From the NCBI GenBank assembly GCA_964016885.1, contig OZ024740.1, positions 10,230,001 to 10,294,000 of the forward strand: a DNA stretch of 64,000 bases, in the 5' to 3' direction. Numbering within the stretch: the first letter of the stretch is position 1; each line of letters opens with the position of its first letter. The notes beneath the pieces were generated by a model. That model made no database searches, was not told the DNA's origin, and was given only the letters and a program-made list of their open reading frames with translations. Source of the DNA: Eledone cirrhosa. Lineage: Eukaryota. The translations under genes were made by a program, and so were the position numbers. Below, piece after piece: positions 44,617-59,000 of the stretch.

Positions 44617-44656
44617 GTTGGTGCTGAAAAGTTAACAGAAGAGGAAAAGAAATCAC

Positions 44657-46304
44657 TCATCTCTTCGTCTCCTGGGGACCAGGCTGCACAATTTCCATGG
44701 GGGTGTTGGAAGGGTTGTTTGATGGAGTGGTGGTCTCTGGAGGGTTGGGGACAGAGATATTTGGTGAGGAGGGGTATCTGGTGGGATGGGGGTGGGGGTG
44801 GGGAAACATTTTAACAGGACTCGATTGTAGGGTTTGACGCAGGTGTTACCTACGTCGTTAGGAATTTTTTTCTTTTAACTGTTTATGTGTGTCCATAGAG
44901 GTCCTAATCATTTTAAGATTAGGATTCTCCGAAGCGTGTGTAAAAGTGTTCCCTTCGGTCTCCACCGAAGGGTTTTTATATATGGTGTCTGTTAAAGTTT
45001 TATTGTTAGTATTTATGTAGGTGTAACATTTTTGTTGTGTTGGGTTGCTTTTTGTCTGTGGTTCTTGTGTGTGTTTACGTTTTTTAGTAGGTGTTTTGTT
45101 TTCAGGAGGGGGTGTTTTTGTTTGTGCTGTTTGCGTCGCTTGTGTTGGTGTTTGTGTGTTTGTTGCATTTTTGTTTGTGTTATGTCTTTTCTTTTTTCTT
45201 TTTACTGGTCGGAAAGGCTCTCCCTCATCGTCACTGGGTGACGATGATGAGGCCTCATCCGTGTTGTTGGGGAGGGGTACGTTTTAGGGAGCTGTTATGT
45301 GTGTGGGTGTTTCTGGAGTTGTTTTAGGTGGGGAGGGGTTGGGTGGGACTGTGTTTGTCGTTTGTTTTGTTGTCACTATTTTTTTATGTCGTTGTTGTTG
45401 TTGTTGTTGTTGTGGTGGTGGTGGTGGTGGTGGTGAATGTTGTGCTGGTGTTGCAGGTGTTGGTAGTAGTGCCTTTTTTTGGATAGTTAGCCGAGGTCAG
45501 GAAGCTCTCAGATGACCCCTGCTTGAGCAGTGGTAACATGAGGGCCGTCTACCCTCGACCGAAATGTTCCGGGATCCTAGCTATTCGTTCTGGTGTCATT
45601 TGGACCAGAACTTCCAGGCTAGTTCCGCTGAACAGGTCGCTGAAGGACTTACCTACCGATATTATATAGTCTGTTTCGTGGTTTAAAAATCCACATAGTA
45701 CCCACCAAATATCAATATTTGGTGTGATACTTTGGATTTTTATTTTCTGTGTTCTTTTCTCCATGTAAGTGGGGAAAAAGGTGAACAGCGGTGACACATT
45801 TGGCGACACAGAATATTTATGTGCCGTCAATTAGTCTTTCATTAGAATGGATAAACTCCCGTAGAGTCTACCCTTCTGAATAAAAGCAATGTATTTTAAG
45901 GCATTTTTTAAAGCCAACTCAATTTCGCCTTGTGAAAATCGAGTCGGTTTTCGTGTTTTGTTTGAGATTGTCCTGAAAATCACAGTTTTCAAGGCAGCTT
46001 CTCTTCGCAAATCTGGGGGGGAGTTTATGGAGTTTGATCCGTTCTTCCCAAAAGTTACATATTGTCTGGCGTTATTCAAAAGTTCATTTGCATTTGAAAT
46101 ATCTATCGGAGTGTAGCTTACCGTTTTCTTTACGGTTTGCGCAAATTATATTTTGTCGTTTACTTCCTTGTTGCGGTTATTGGTCTTGTTGTTGTTATTG
46201 TTCTTATTGTTGATGTTGTTGTTGATGGCGTTGTTTTGGTTTGGGCCATTCACAGTTTTCGTGTTGGTGGTGCTGGCGTTGTTGTCAGGGTGTGTTTTAA
46301 ACAT
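44657..46304 (-). pseudogene. LINE ORF1 (gag-like nucleic-acid-binding protein), disrupted
   Basis: Fragments 46146-46328, 45831-46079 and 45549-45830. Hand translation of 45497-45538 gives CYHCSSRGHLRAS*, a Cx2Cx4Hx4C knuckle with the last Cys as TGA, followed by a P7Q7 tract. Ends are approximate. Confidence 0.75.
45390..45434. repeat. (GTT)n-(GGT)n compound microsatellite within ORF1 (poly-Pro/poly-Gln)
   Basis: Seen directly; the minus strand in the knuckle frame reads SPPPPPPPQQQQQQQ. Confidence 0.85.
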
Positions 46305-46320
46305 ATCGAAGTGTTTCAAT

Positions 46321-49300
46321 ACACACACTACAACACACTACACCACGCTACATCACACTACACCTCACTACACTACACTACACTACACTACACCACACTA
46401 CACCACACTACACCACACTACACTACATCACAATACACCTCACTACACTACACCACACTACACTACACAACACTACACTACACTACACTACACTACACTA
46501 CACTACACCACACACAACTAAACTACACTAGACTACAAAACACCACACTACACCACACTACACTACACTACACTACACTACACTACACTACACCACGCTA
46601 CACCACACTACACCACACTACACCACACTGCAACACACTACGCTACAACACGCTACACCACACTACACCTCACTACACCACACTACACTACACCACACTA
46701 CACCACACCACACTACACCACACTACACTACATCACAATACACCTCACTACACTATACTACACTACACCACACCACACTACACCACACTACACCACACTA
46801 CACTACATCACAATACACCTCACTACACTACACCACACTACACTACATCACACTACATTACACTACGCTACACTACACTACACTACACAACACTACACTA
46901 CACCACACTACACTAAACTACACTAAACTACAAAACACCACGCTAGCCACACTACACTACACTACACTACACTACACCACGCTACACCACACTACACCAC
47001 ACTACACCACACTACAACACACTACACTACACCACGCTACACCACACTACACCTCACTACACGACACTACACTACACTACACTACACCACACCACACTAC
47101 ACCACACTACACCACACTACACTACATCAAAATACACCTCACTACACTACACCACACTACACTACACCACACAACACTACACCACACTACACTACACCAC
47201 ACTACACAACACTACACTACACCACACTACACTAAACTACACTAAACTACAAAACACCACACTACACTACACTACACTACACTACACTACGCTACACTAC
47301 ACTACACCACACTACACTACACCACGCTACACCACACTACACAACACTACACCACACTACACCACACTACACTACACTACACTACACTACACTACACTAC
47401 ACCACACTACACTACACTACACCCCACTACAGTACACTAGACCACACTACATTACACTACACTACACCACACTACACTACACCACACTACACCACACTAC
47501 ACCACGCTACACCACACTACACCACACTACACCACACTACACTACACTACACCACACTACCCTACACCACACTACACCACACTACAATACACCAGACTAC
47601 ACTACACCACACTGCACCGCACTACACTACACCACACTACACCACACTACACCACACTACACTACACTACACTACACTACACTACACTACACTACACTAC
47701 ACTACACTACACTACACTACACCACACTACACCACAGCTCAATACACCACACCACAATACACCAAACTACAACACACTACACCACACTACACCACAATAC
47801 ACCACACTATACTACACCACACTACACCATACTACACCACAATACACCACACTACACTACACCACACTACACCGCACTACACCACGTTACACCAGACTAC
47901 ACCACACTACACCACACTACACCACACTACACTACACTACACCACACTACACTACACCACACTACACCACACCACAATACACCACACTACACCACACTAC
48001 ACTACACCACACTACACCTTACTATACTACAATACACTACACTACACCACACCACAATACACCACACTACACTACACCACACTACACCACACTACACTAC
48101 ACCACACTACACCTTACTATACTACAATACACTACGCTACACCACACCACAATACACCACACTACACTACACCACACTACACCATACTACACTACACAAT
48201 GCTACACCACACTACAGTACGCTACACCACACTACACTACACTACACTACATTACACTACACTACACCACACTACACCACACCACACTACACCACACTAC
48301 ACCACACAAACCACACAAACCACACTAGACTACTATACACTACACTGCACTACACTACACTGCACTACACTACACCACACTACACTATACAACACTACAC
48401 CACACCACACTACACTATACCACACTACACTACACTACAATACATTACACTACACTACATTACACTATACTACAATACACCACACTACACTACACTACAC
48501 TACACCTCACTACACCACACTACACCACACCACACCACACTACACTACACCACACTACACTACACTACAATACTCCACACTACACCACACTACACCACAC
48601 TACACCACACTACACCACACTACACTACACTACAATACAATACTCCACACTACACCACACTACACCACACTACACTATACTACACTACACTACACTACAC
48701 TACACTACACTACACTACACTACACCACACCACACTACACCACACCACAATACACCACACCACAATAGACCAAACTACACCACACTACACCACACTACAC
48801 CACAATACACCACACTATACTACACTACACTACACCACACTACACCACAATACACCACACTACACTACACCACAATACACCGCACTACACTACACCACGT
48901 TACACCAGACTACACCACACTTCACCACACTACACCACACTACACTACACTACACCACACTACACTACACCACACTACACTACACCACACTACACCATAC
49001 TACACTACAATACACCACACTACACCACACCACAATAGATCGCACTACACCACACCACACTACACCATACTACACTACACAATGCTACACCACACTACAG
49101 TACGCTACACCACACTACACTACACTACACTACACTACACTACATTACACTACACTACACCACACTACACCACACCACACTACACCACACTACACCACAC
49201 TACACCACACAAACCACACTAGACTACTATACACTACACTGCACTACACTACACTGCACTACACTACACCACACTACATAACACAACACTACACCACACC

Positions 49301-49662
49301 ACACTACACTATACCACACTACACTACACTACAATACATTACACTACACTACATTACACTATACTACAATACACCACACTACACTACACTACACTACACC
49401 TCACTACACCACACTACACCACACCACATCACACTACACTACACCACACTACACTACACTACAATACTCCACACTACACCACACTACACCACACTACACC
49501 ACACTACACTACACTACAATACTCCACACTACACCACACTACACCACACTACACCACACTACACTATACTACACCATACTACACTACACCACACCACAAT
49601 ACACCACACTACACTACACTACACTATACCACACTACACTACACCACGCTACACGACACTAC
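46321..49662. repeat. Pentanucleotide array of mixed ACACT/ACACC units
   Basis: Direct reading; C/A-rich on the + strand; contains internal block duplications. Confidence 0.96.
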
Positions 49663-50910
49663 ACCACCACCACACCACCACACCAGCAAACCACCACACC
49701 ACTACACCACCATACCACCACACCACCACACCACCACCACACCACCATCATACCACCGCAACAACACACCACCACCACACCACCATACCACCACACCACC
49801 ACACCACCACACAACCACACCACCACTCCACCACATCATAACACCACCACTACACCACGACCACCACACCACCTCACCGTCACACCACCACACCACCACC
49901 ACACCACCACCCCACCACACCACCACACCACTGCACCACCACTCCACCACAACACCACACCACCACACCACCACGCCACTACATCACCACACCACCCCAC
50001 CATCACACCACCACACCACTACACCACCACCACACCACCACATCACCACACTACTATACCACCAAACCACCACACCACCACTCCACCACACCACTACACC
50101 ACAGCACTACCTCACCAAGACACCACACCACCGCCACCCCACAACACCACCACACCACCACAACACCACAACACCACATCACCACCACACCACCACACCA
50201 CCACACCACCACACCACCACACCACATCACCATACCACCACACCACCACACCACCACGCCACCACGCCACCACGCCACCACACCACCACACCACCACTTC
50301 ACCACACCACCACACCACCACACCACCACACCACCACACCACCACACCACACCACCAAACCACCACACCACCACACCACACCACCACACCACCACCATAC
50401 CACCACACCACCACACCACCACACCACACCACCACATCACCACACCACCACCACACCACACCACCGCTTCACCACACCACCACACCACCACTTCACCATA
50501 CCACCACACCACCACACCACCACACCACTACCCCACCATTCACTACACCACCACACCACCACATCACCACACCACCATACCACACCACCACACCACCACA
50601 CCACCACCACACCACCACTTCACCACACCACCACACCACCACACCACCACACCACCACACCACCACATCACCACACCACCACACCACACCACCACACCAC
50701 CACACCACCACCACACCACACCACCACACCACCACTTCACCACACCACCACACCACCACACCACCACCCCACTACACCACCACATCACCACACCACCACC
50801 CCACCACACCACACCACCACACCACCACCACACCACCACCACACCACACCACCACACCACCACACCACCACACCACACCACCACACCACCACCACACCAC
50901 ACCACTACTC
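49663..50910. repeat. Degenerate 8-bp (ACACCACC)n / CA-rich array
   Basis: Period switches from 5 to mostly 8 (5+3) at ~49663 and decays into unique sequence at ~50910. Confidence 0.9.
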
Positions 50911-51039
50911 CACATTCACTACAGACTAAAACGTCAATAAATAAATATGTTAGCGACATCAGATACACTTTTTTTTAGTATTGTTTTTATTAGTGTCTGG
51001 TAGAGAAGAAGAAATTTTGCAAAAAATTCAAAACAAAAA

Positions 51040-51215
51040 TATTGTTTCTACTTTTGGCACAAGGCAGCAATTATCCCAGTGTATTACTGGTACTTTAATC
51101 TATCGACCCCGTAAGGATGAAAGGCAAAGTTAACTTCGGCGGCATTTGAACTCAGAATGGCAAGGGCCGTAACTCTATGCGTCAAAGCATGGCCTCCGAC
51201 CCTCTACCAATGATG
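51040..51215 (-). mobile_element. tRNA-derived SINE, decayed
   Basis: Minus strand has an A-box-like TGGTAGAGGG and a B-box GAGTTCAAAT (51144-51153), then GCCGAAGTTAACTTTGCCTTTCATCCTTACGGGGTCGAT...AGTACCAGT. This resembles the abundant octopus SINE core (from recall, not searched). Confidence 0.8.
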
Positions 51216-51355
51216 GCTGCAACTCGATTTCGAGTTACTTAAGTACGAGAGTCCTGGTAGGGACTAAAGAGCTACGCCTGGTCTATGGCCAGCAATGCCA
51301 TGCATCGTAGAAAGTGTTACATATCAAGCGATACCTGTGCTGGAAGCTTTTTTAA

Positions 51356-51515
51356 GTGAATGAGGATAAATTTGAATTAATCCACTTTAGAAAAGAGGAT
51401 GTCCTGAAATTGCCATACTCTCTTCCTTCAGGTGAAACTCTCGTGGCATCTAACAATATCAGAGACTTGGGACATAAGCTGGGCCACTCATATAAACAGC
51501 AAAGTTGAAAAGGCC
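51356..51515 (+). pseudogene. Fragment of a CR1/L2-group LINE RT (thumb region)
   Basis: Hand translation: NEDKFELIHF...SNNIRDLG / (deletion, frameshift) SWATHINSKVEKA, matching the NxxK...RDLG...SWxxHI pattern. Confidence 0.7.
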
Positions 51516-51892
51516 TGCTTTGCACGGAGCCAATCCCACTTTCTGAGCATTGAATGCATTTGCTCAAAAGTAAGAACTGGTCTATATCATTGGATGCAAT
51601 CGAAGTCGCAGGTTTTATATCAGAGTAACCTTCTCATATGTTGATTTAAAACTGCACTATCCACAAGTGTTTTTTAGCCTTCATATCATGTTCTCCTGTT
51701 TTATCTGATGAAAACACAAATATTATTGCATGATGATGTTTGTTTTTGAAATGCGCATAATAAAATACATGGAACTCCTTTAACCATCTTTTGATCTTAT
51801 ATTATGTATACTCCAGTCCTACAAACTGTAGAGTGCTTCTTATCCGATATCTGCATTGCTTTATTGTACTACAATAAAACTCACCTCCTACA

Positions 51893-51919
51893 TTATATAT
51901 ATATATATATATATATATA
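51893..51919. repeat. (TA)n microsatellite
   Basis: Direct reading. Confidence 0.95.
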
Positions 51920-52191
51920 ATCTTTGGCAAATAAGAAAAAGTTTTAAAATAAATTTCAAAAAATTCACTGTACTTGATATGGTTAAATAAATGGATAGTC
52001 CTTGCGGGCCTCCATTGAAAAGATAAACTCTCGTCAGAAGGTTCTTTTCACTCGGAGAATATAAAATTCCCGAGTTCGAATTACGAATTGGCGCTATTCA
52101 AAATTGTTCCCGAGATGAGAGTAAATGATGTGGAAGCAGTTCTGTCCAGTGCCGTGTGCAAAGATAGAAGGCAGAGGCAGGGAGGTCAATC

Positions 52192-52194
<3 letters not shown>

Positions 52195-52258
<64 letters not shown>
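52195..52258. repeat. (TA)n microsatellite at the 3' junction of the Penelope-like element
   Basis: Direct reading. Confidence 0.95.
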
Positions 52259-52261
<3 letters not shown>

Positions 52262-53113
52262 TATTTTCCGTTGTGTTGTAATATAAATATTACACACAGT
52301 AGATTATCAGCTCACGTAGAGTTTGCTCGACGGTTCCAGTTGTAGTTCCAAAAGTAATCCGGAGAAAAATAGAAAGATTTGAATGGATACAGTTTAGTTG
52401 AAAGGAATTTATTGACACGTGTTTCTATAACAGTTACATAACCTAAAACAGCTGCTATCTACAAACTTTTAGTTATGCAGACATTCAATATTTCAATGTT
52501 ATTATTTACTGTCATTTCATCAGAATAATATTACTGAGGACCTATTTAGTTTTTATAGAGAATATTAGGAGGGAGGGGTGAAGTTGTTAGAAGAATAGTT
52601 GAAGGAGTGGTTTTTCGATAGCAGTGAGAATTCTTGGTGGCAGTGAGTAATTAGATTCCCATCTGTTGTTTTGACATTTTTTATAGAATATATTATTGGT
52701 TATTTTTCTAAATCTATAGAAGGATTAGAGATAGTAAAGATATGCGTGGTTGGTTTTGTGTTTGCACTTAATTAACATTCAGACTTAAATTTTTCTTTCA
52801 AGTGTACGTATCCTTTCACCCACGCATTCATACACACATATATTTGCACACCTCTACAAAATACATATACTCACAATTCACATATTCATACTTACATATA
52901 TATATACACATGCATACACATATGTATACACACATGTATTCATGTACATACATACGCGCTCATGTGTATACATTTTCATACTCAACTTATCTTTATATAC
53001 ACACGTATAGACATACACATATATACATACATACTCTAGTCCATGTGTACACACATACACATACATACACATCTATATACACATACATACATATACACAC
53101 ACATATATATATG

Positions 53114-53177
<64 letters not shown>

Positions 53178-53431
53178 CACTTTAATACATGAATACACTT
53201 ACATCTAACTATACACATCAAACATATATATATATTTACTTATTTATATACATTTTCACATATATATACATACTTATGGACGTTTTTAGACACATTCTTT
53301 ATCGCATATTTGCACCTATTCTCATCAGCATATCTTTCCATTATTAGTGTGGTAATTTAAGGTTATTAATATATGTTGAGAAGAGATTGTTTTTATATTT
53401 TTCTAACTAGATTAAGGTTTATATAGTTGGG
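52254..53431 (-). repeat. 3' pseudo-LTR (copy A)
   Basis: Near-identical to 55818-57011 (offset 3564 at its left end); contains an internal AC/AT microsatellite-like tract. Confidence 0.93.
52409..52528 (-). ncRNA. Type I hammerhead ribozyme (pLTR copy A)
   Basis: Reverse complement of TTATT-CTGATGA-[stem II]-GAAA-CACGTG-TC-AATAA. Confidence 0.78.
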
Positions 53432-53444
53432 GGATGTCCCTCTT

Positions 53445-53970
53445 TTATGTAATATTCGGCTTGTAGTGGGAAAAAAAGGGTTTTATTTCTGTGACGGCAG
53501 AATAATGTTCGTTCAATTCTGTTATTCAGCAGTTTCTTCTTGTGTGTGATTATGTAATAAATCTCAAGATTACACAATTTGCAGAAATTTTGGCTCCTGG
53601 AAAAGCTTTGGGTTTTAGCTAATTTTTCCCATTTTAGGGTAAACTTTTGATCGCTATCCCTGAGCGTCCAAGCTTTTTCTGCTAAAGTTGTTACATTTCT
53701 TTGGCTCTGGTGTTTTATTGAGTAAGAATGCCTATACAATCGAGATTTAAACGATGTTGCCGTTGATCCCACGTAATACCACTCGTTGCCTCCGGATTTA
53801 ATGGTACACTTATAAATAATATTTTTTTCCAGGCAGTTATTGCCGAGGGGGCAGTTGTCAGGATAGGTGCAGTTACAGTTGTGTACGTTGGGTTTTCTCT
53901 GGAGTAGTATTGCGGACGAACTTAGGTGTGGTTTATTTATGTTCTGTAGTGTATTGTCTACTGTTTTTTT
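53445..53970 (-). CDS. PLE linker Zn finger + GIY-YIG endonuclease (continuation of the RT ORF after a +1 frameshift)
   Basis: Hand translation: NCNCTYPDNCPLGNNCLEKNIIYKC...WYYVGSTATSFKSRLYRH...CKLCNLE...LLNNRIE...CRH. The stop at 53445 is inferred from the inverted copy (T6 instead of T7). Confidence 0.88.
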
Positions 53971-55768
53971 TTGTGTTCTTTGTACTTAAGTTCTTAGTGT
54001 TTTCGTTTAACCTTCTAGTATTGATCTTTTTTATGTGTTGTTCAAGGTTTAACGCTGTAGAGTATGACAGTCTTATAGTGGTAGGGTTTAGGATTTTGTG
54101 GTATTTGTGTGATGTGGGAAAATGTCTTTTAATTATTTTAAAGAAGAGTACTGGTAAATTTGTACTAATGGAACTATTGTATTCGGGGTTATACCATAAG
54201 TACTCTTTGCATCGCTTTCTATTAGTTTTGTTTGTTGGTTTACTGGTGTGCATACTATGGTAGTAAGTGTGGTTTGGTGTTGTGTTATTATATCTACCTA
54301 TGTGGGATTTATTTTGGGTGTTTTGATTGTTCCCATCTATGTACTCTATTTTGTTGAGGTAGCCTGCTTTACTAAGGGCGTTATCGTAGTACTCGGCGTG
54401 TTCCTTAAATACTTGTATGTTAGAAGATAGACCCGAGATTCTAAGGGAAATATTTTTAGGGATAGATTTAATTATATAGATGGGGTGGTTAGACCCAACA
54501 TTTACGTATTTGAGATTTTCATTCAATTTATGAAACGGTTTAATCAAACCAGAGTTTAAATTGAGTGTGACATCCAGGAAGTTAACTACTTTAAGGTTGT
54601 ATTCATACGTTATAGTTAGTCCTATTTCGAGTAGTAGTTTTCTTATATCTTTGCGTAGTTTTTCTAGTTTTTGGTTATTAAGGTTATTAGCTAGGAGGAG
54701 AACATCGTCGCGGTATATTCCGCCGTGGAGATTGCTGAATTTTTCCTGGAGTCTAAAGGCGATAAATAACCCCTCAATATCAGTTATTTCCGCCGAATCG
54801 TTAGAGCCCATTGTTATGTCAAAGTTAGAGGGTCTATCTTTACGTACCCAATAACTGTTCTCAAATTTGACTATAGTTTTCCTAGCTTCTAATATAATCT
54901 TAATTTCATCGTTTGTAAGGTCAGAGTTATCCTTAGCAAACTTAATGGCTCTATTCAAAGTTTCAGGTGATATCGATGAGTAATATTCATCGATATCAAA
55001 CTGGATAAACTTAGATTTATTCTTATTGCTAATGCTATTAAACCATCTTATTGCTTCTTGGGTCTTCCCCCAGAGTTTAATGTTAACCTTAGCCTTAATT
55101 TGGGGGATGATTCTATCTAAGATATATTTGCTTATTTTACCTATATCTGATTTAGAGGGGCAGATTAATCTAATTTTAGGGTCATTATCAAAGTTTACCT
55201 TGTGGTCCTTAAGATTGAAGGTGGGTACCGCCGGTAAGAGTGGTCCTGTCCTATCTTCGATTCCGAGATTTTTCACTATTTCGCATGCCTCATCATTGAT
55301 GTGCTTAAGGGTTACTTCACTCGTTTTTCTATATTTTTTATGTAATTCTTTTCGAATGAAGTTGTTGTATGTAGTGCAATCCATAGTGTATAGGTTTGAT
55401 GTTTTGTCCGCTTTTACTACAATTCCTTTGGTGTTTTTAAGGTCGTCCAGTAGTTTTTTTATATCTTTCTGTAATTTGCTGTTGGTGTTGCGTCCTTTGA
55501 ATTTAATTTTAAGGATTAAGTTCATAAGGTCCTGCTCAAATGCATCTAATAGTGGGTTGGTGGGTGGGTTTTTACAAGTCCTAAAACCGAATTTGTTGTT
55601 TACACCACTTTCCAATGTTGAGTTCATACGGCTTCTATCATAGTGGAGCGTTTTCCACCTGACACGTCGAATGAATTCATTAGTTTTTTGAATCATACTC
55701 AATAAATATTCCTTTCTACCTTGGGTTGGTATGTTTTTGAGTGACATATCCAGGTAGTGTTTTTCCAT
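53933..55768 (-). CDS. Penelope-like (Naiad) reverse transcriptase, 611 aa up to the frameshift
   Basis: SLKNIP...FIRRVRWK N-terminus, KADKT, FDIDEYYSSI, ITMGSNDSAE, IYRDD, NFLDVTL, YVNVGSNHP, WYNP. Confidence 0.95.
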   Translation of the reverse strand: MEKHYLDMSLKNIPTQGRKEYLLSMIQKTNEFIRRVRWKTLHYDRSRMNSTLESGVNNKFGFRTCKNPPTNPLLDAFEQDLMNLILKIKFKGRNTNSKLQKDIKKLLDDLKNTKGIVVKADKTSNLYTMDCTTYNNFIRKELHKKYRKTSEVTLKHINDEACEIVKNLGIEDRTGPLLPAVPTFNLKDHKVNFDNDPKIRLICPSKSDIGKISKYILDRIIPQIKAKVNIKLWGKTQEAIRWFNSISNKNKSKFIQFDIDEYYSSISPETLNRAIKFAKDNSDLTNDEIKIILEARKTIVKFENSYWVRKDRPSNFDITMGSNDSAEITDIEGLFIAFRLQEKFSNLHGGIYRDDVLLLANNLNNQKLEKLRKDIRKLLLEIGLTITYEYNLKVVNFLDVTLNLNSGLIKPFHKLNENLKYVNVGSNHPIYIIKSIPKNISLRISGLSSNIQVFKEHAEYYDNALSKAGYLNKIEYIDGNNQNTQNKSHIGRYNNTTPNHTYYHSMHTSKPTNKTNRKRCKEYLWYNPEYNSSISTNLPVLFFKIIKRHFPTSHKYHKILNPTTIRLSYSTALNLEQHIKKINTRRLNENTKNLSTKNTKKNSRQYTTEHK

Positions 55769-55817
55769 TGTTGTGGTTGCGTTTGCTGTGTGGGTTGCTC
55801 GACTTTACAGGAGGTAA

Positions 55818-58592
<2,775 letters not shown>

Positions 58593-58667
58593 ACGAAGGA
58601 AGTGTGGTAAGGAACCAGATGGACCATAACGCATCAGAGTACTCAATACTTAGGGTAGTAGAGTGGG

Positions 58668-58792
58668 TAATAGGAAAATGTTTAACCCCGACGGCAGAGC
58701 TCAAGCCGTTTCGACGGCTATTTCTGGACTGTCCAGAAATAGCCGTCGAAACGGCTTGAGCTCTGCTGTCGGGGTTAAACATTTTCCTATTA
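58668..58792. repeat. Near-perfect palindrome: 62-bp arms, 1-nt centre (T58730), one G/T mismatch
   Basis: TAATAGGAAAATG...TTTCTGGAC-T-GTCCAGAAA...CATTTTCCTATTA; mismatch at 58693/58767. Confidence 0.97.
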
Positions 58793-59000
58793 AACATTTT
58801 AGATTTGATTTAGCATTTGGTGAAGTTATTGGTGGTAGTGATGGTGGTGGTCGTGGCGCTATTTTGGAATATGTGCTTTGGTGTCGGCTGTTGGTAGAGA
58901 TTGAGCGTTTCGTCCCGGGTAAATGAGTGAATTTGCAGTCTCTGGTAGTACATAACCTATTCCGTAAAGAATAGTGGCAAAGGATAGGGTTGTGAGGGTG

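Larger units (their letters stand above)
40971..46320 (-). mobile_element. Non-LTR retrotransposon, Tx1/L1 clade, near full length, inactivated
   Basis: Colinear minus-strand ORF1 (CCHC knuckle) then ORF2 fragments (APE endonuclease, RT, C-terminal Zn finger), 3' UTR and AATAAA at the end. The GPGYWKLN, KSPGLDG and GGLG motifs are typical of L1/Tx1 ORF2. Confidence 0.92.

Noticed and set aside
44951-44977. 9-bp hairpin plus T5 resembling a bacterial intrinsic terminator
   Set aside because: Lies antisense within a eukaryotic LINE ORF1; no bacterial context; could be chance.
45225-45247. 10-bp hairpin TCATCGTCAC-TGG-GTGACGATGA
   Set aside because: Explained by complementary Ser (TCA/TCG) and Asp (GAT/GAC) codon runs in ORF1.
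45497-45499. TGA at a knuckle Cys as selenocysteine
   Set aside because: The element has many other stops and frameshifts; a simple nonsense mutation is more parsimonious.
41078-45515. Plus-strand ORFs over the LINE (and 53910-55643 over the PLE)
   Set aside because: Antisense shadows of retroelement coding sequence with no recognisable motifs.
46137-50968. HYTTL- and VVWWCGG-repeat ORFs
   Set aside because: Translations of 5-bp and 8-bp arrays that lack stops by composition.
53445-55768. Selenoprotein recoding, as known for many Naiads
   Set aside because: No in-frame TGA in RT or EN, conserved Cys are TGT/TGC, and I saw no convincing SECIS.
58625-58760. Second hammerhead (GAAAC and CTGATG motifs near the palindrome)
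   Set aside because: The core reads CTGATGC rather than CTGANGA, and no consistent three-stem fold was found.
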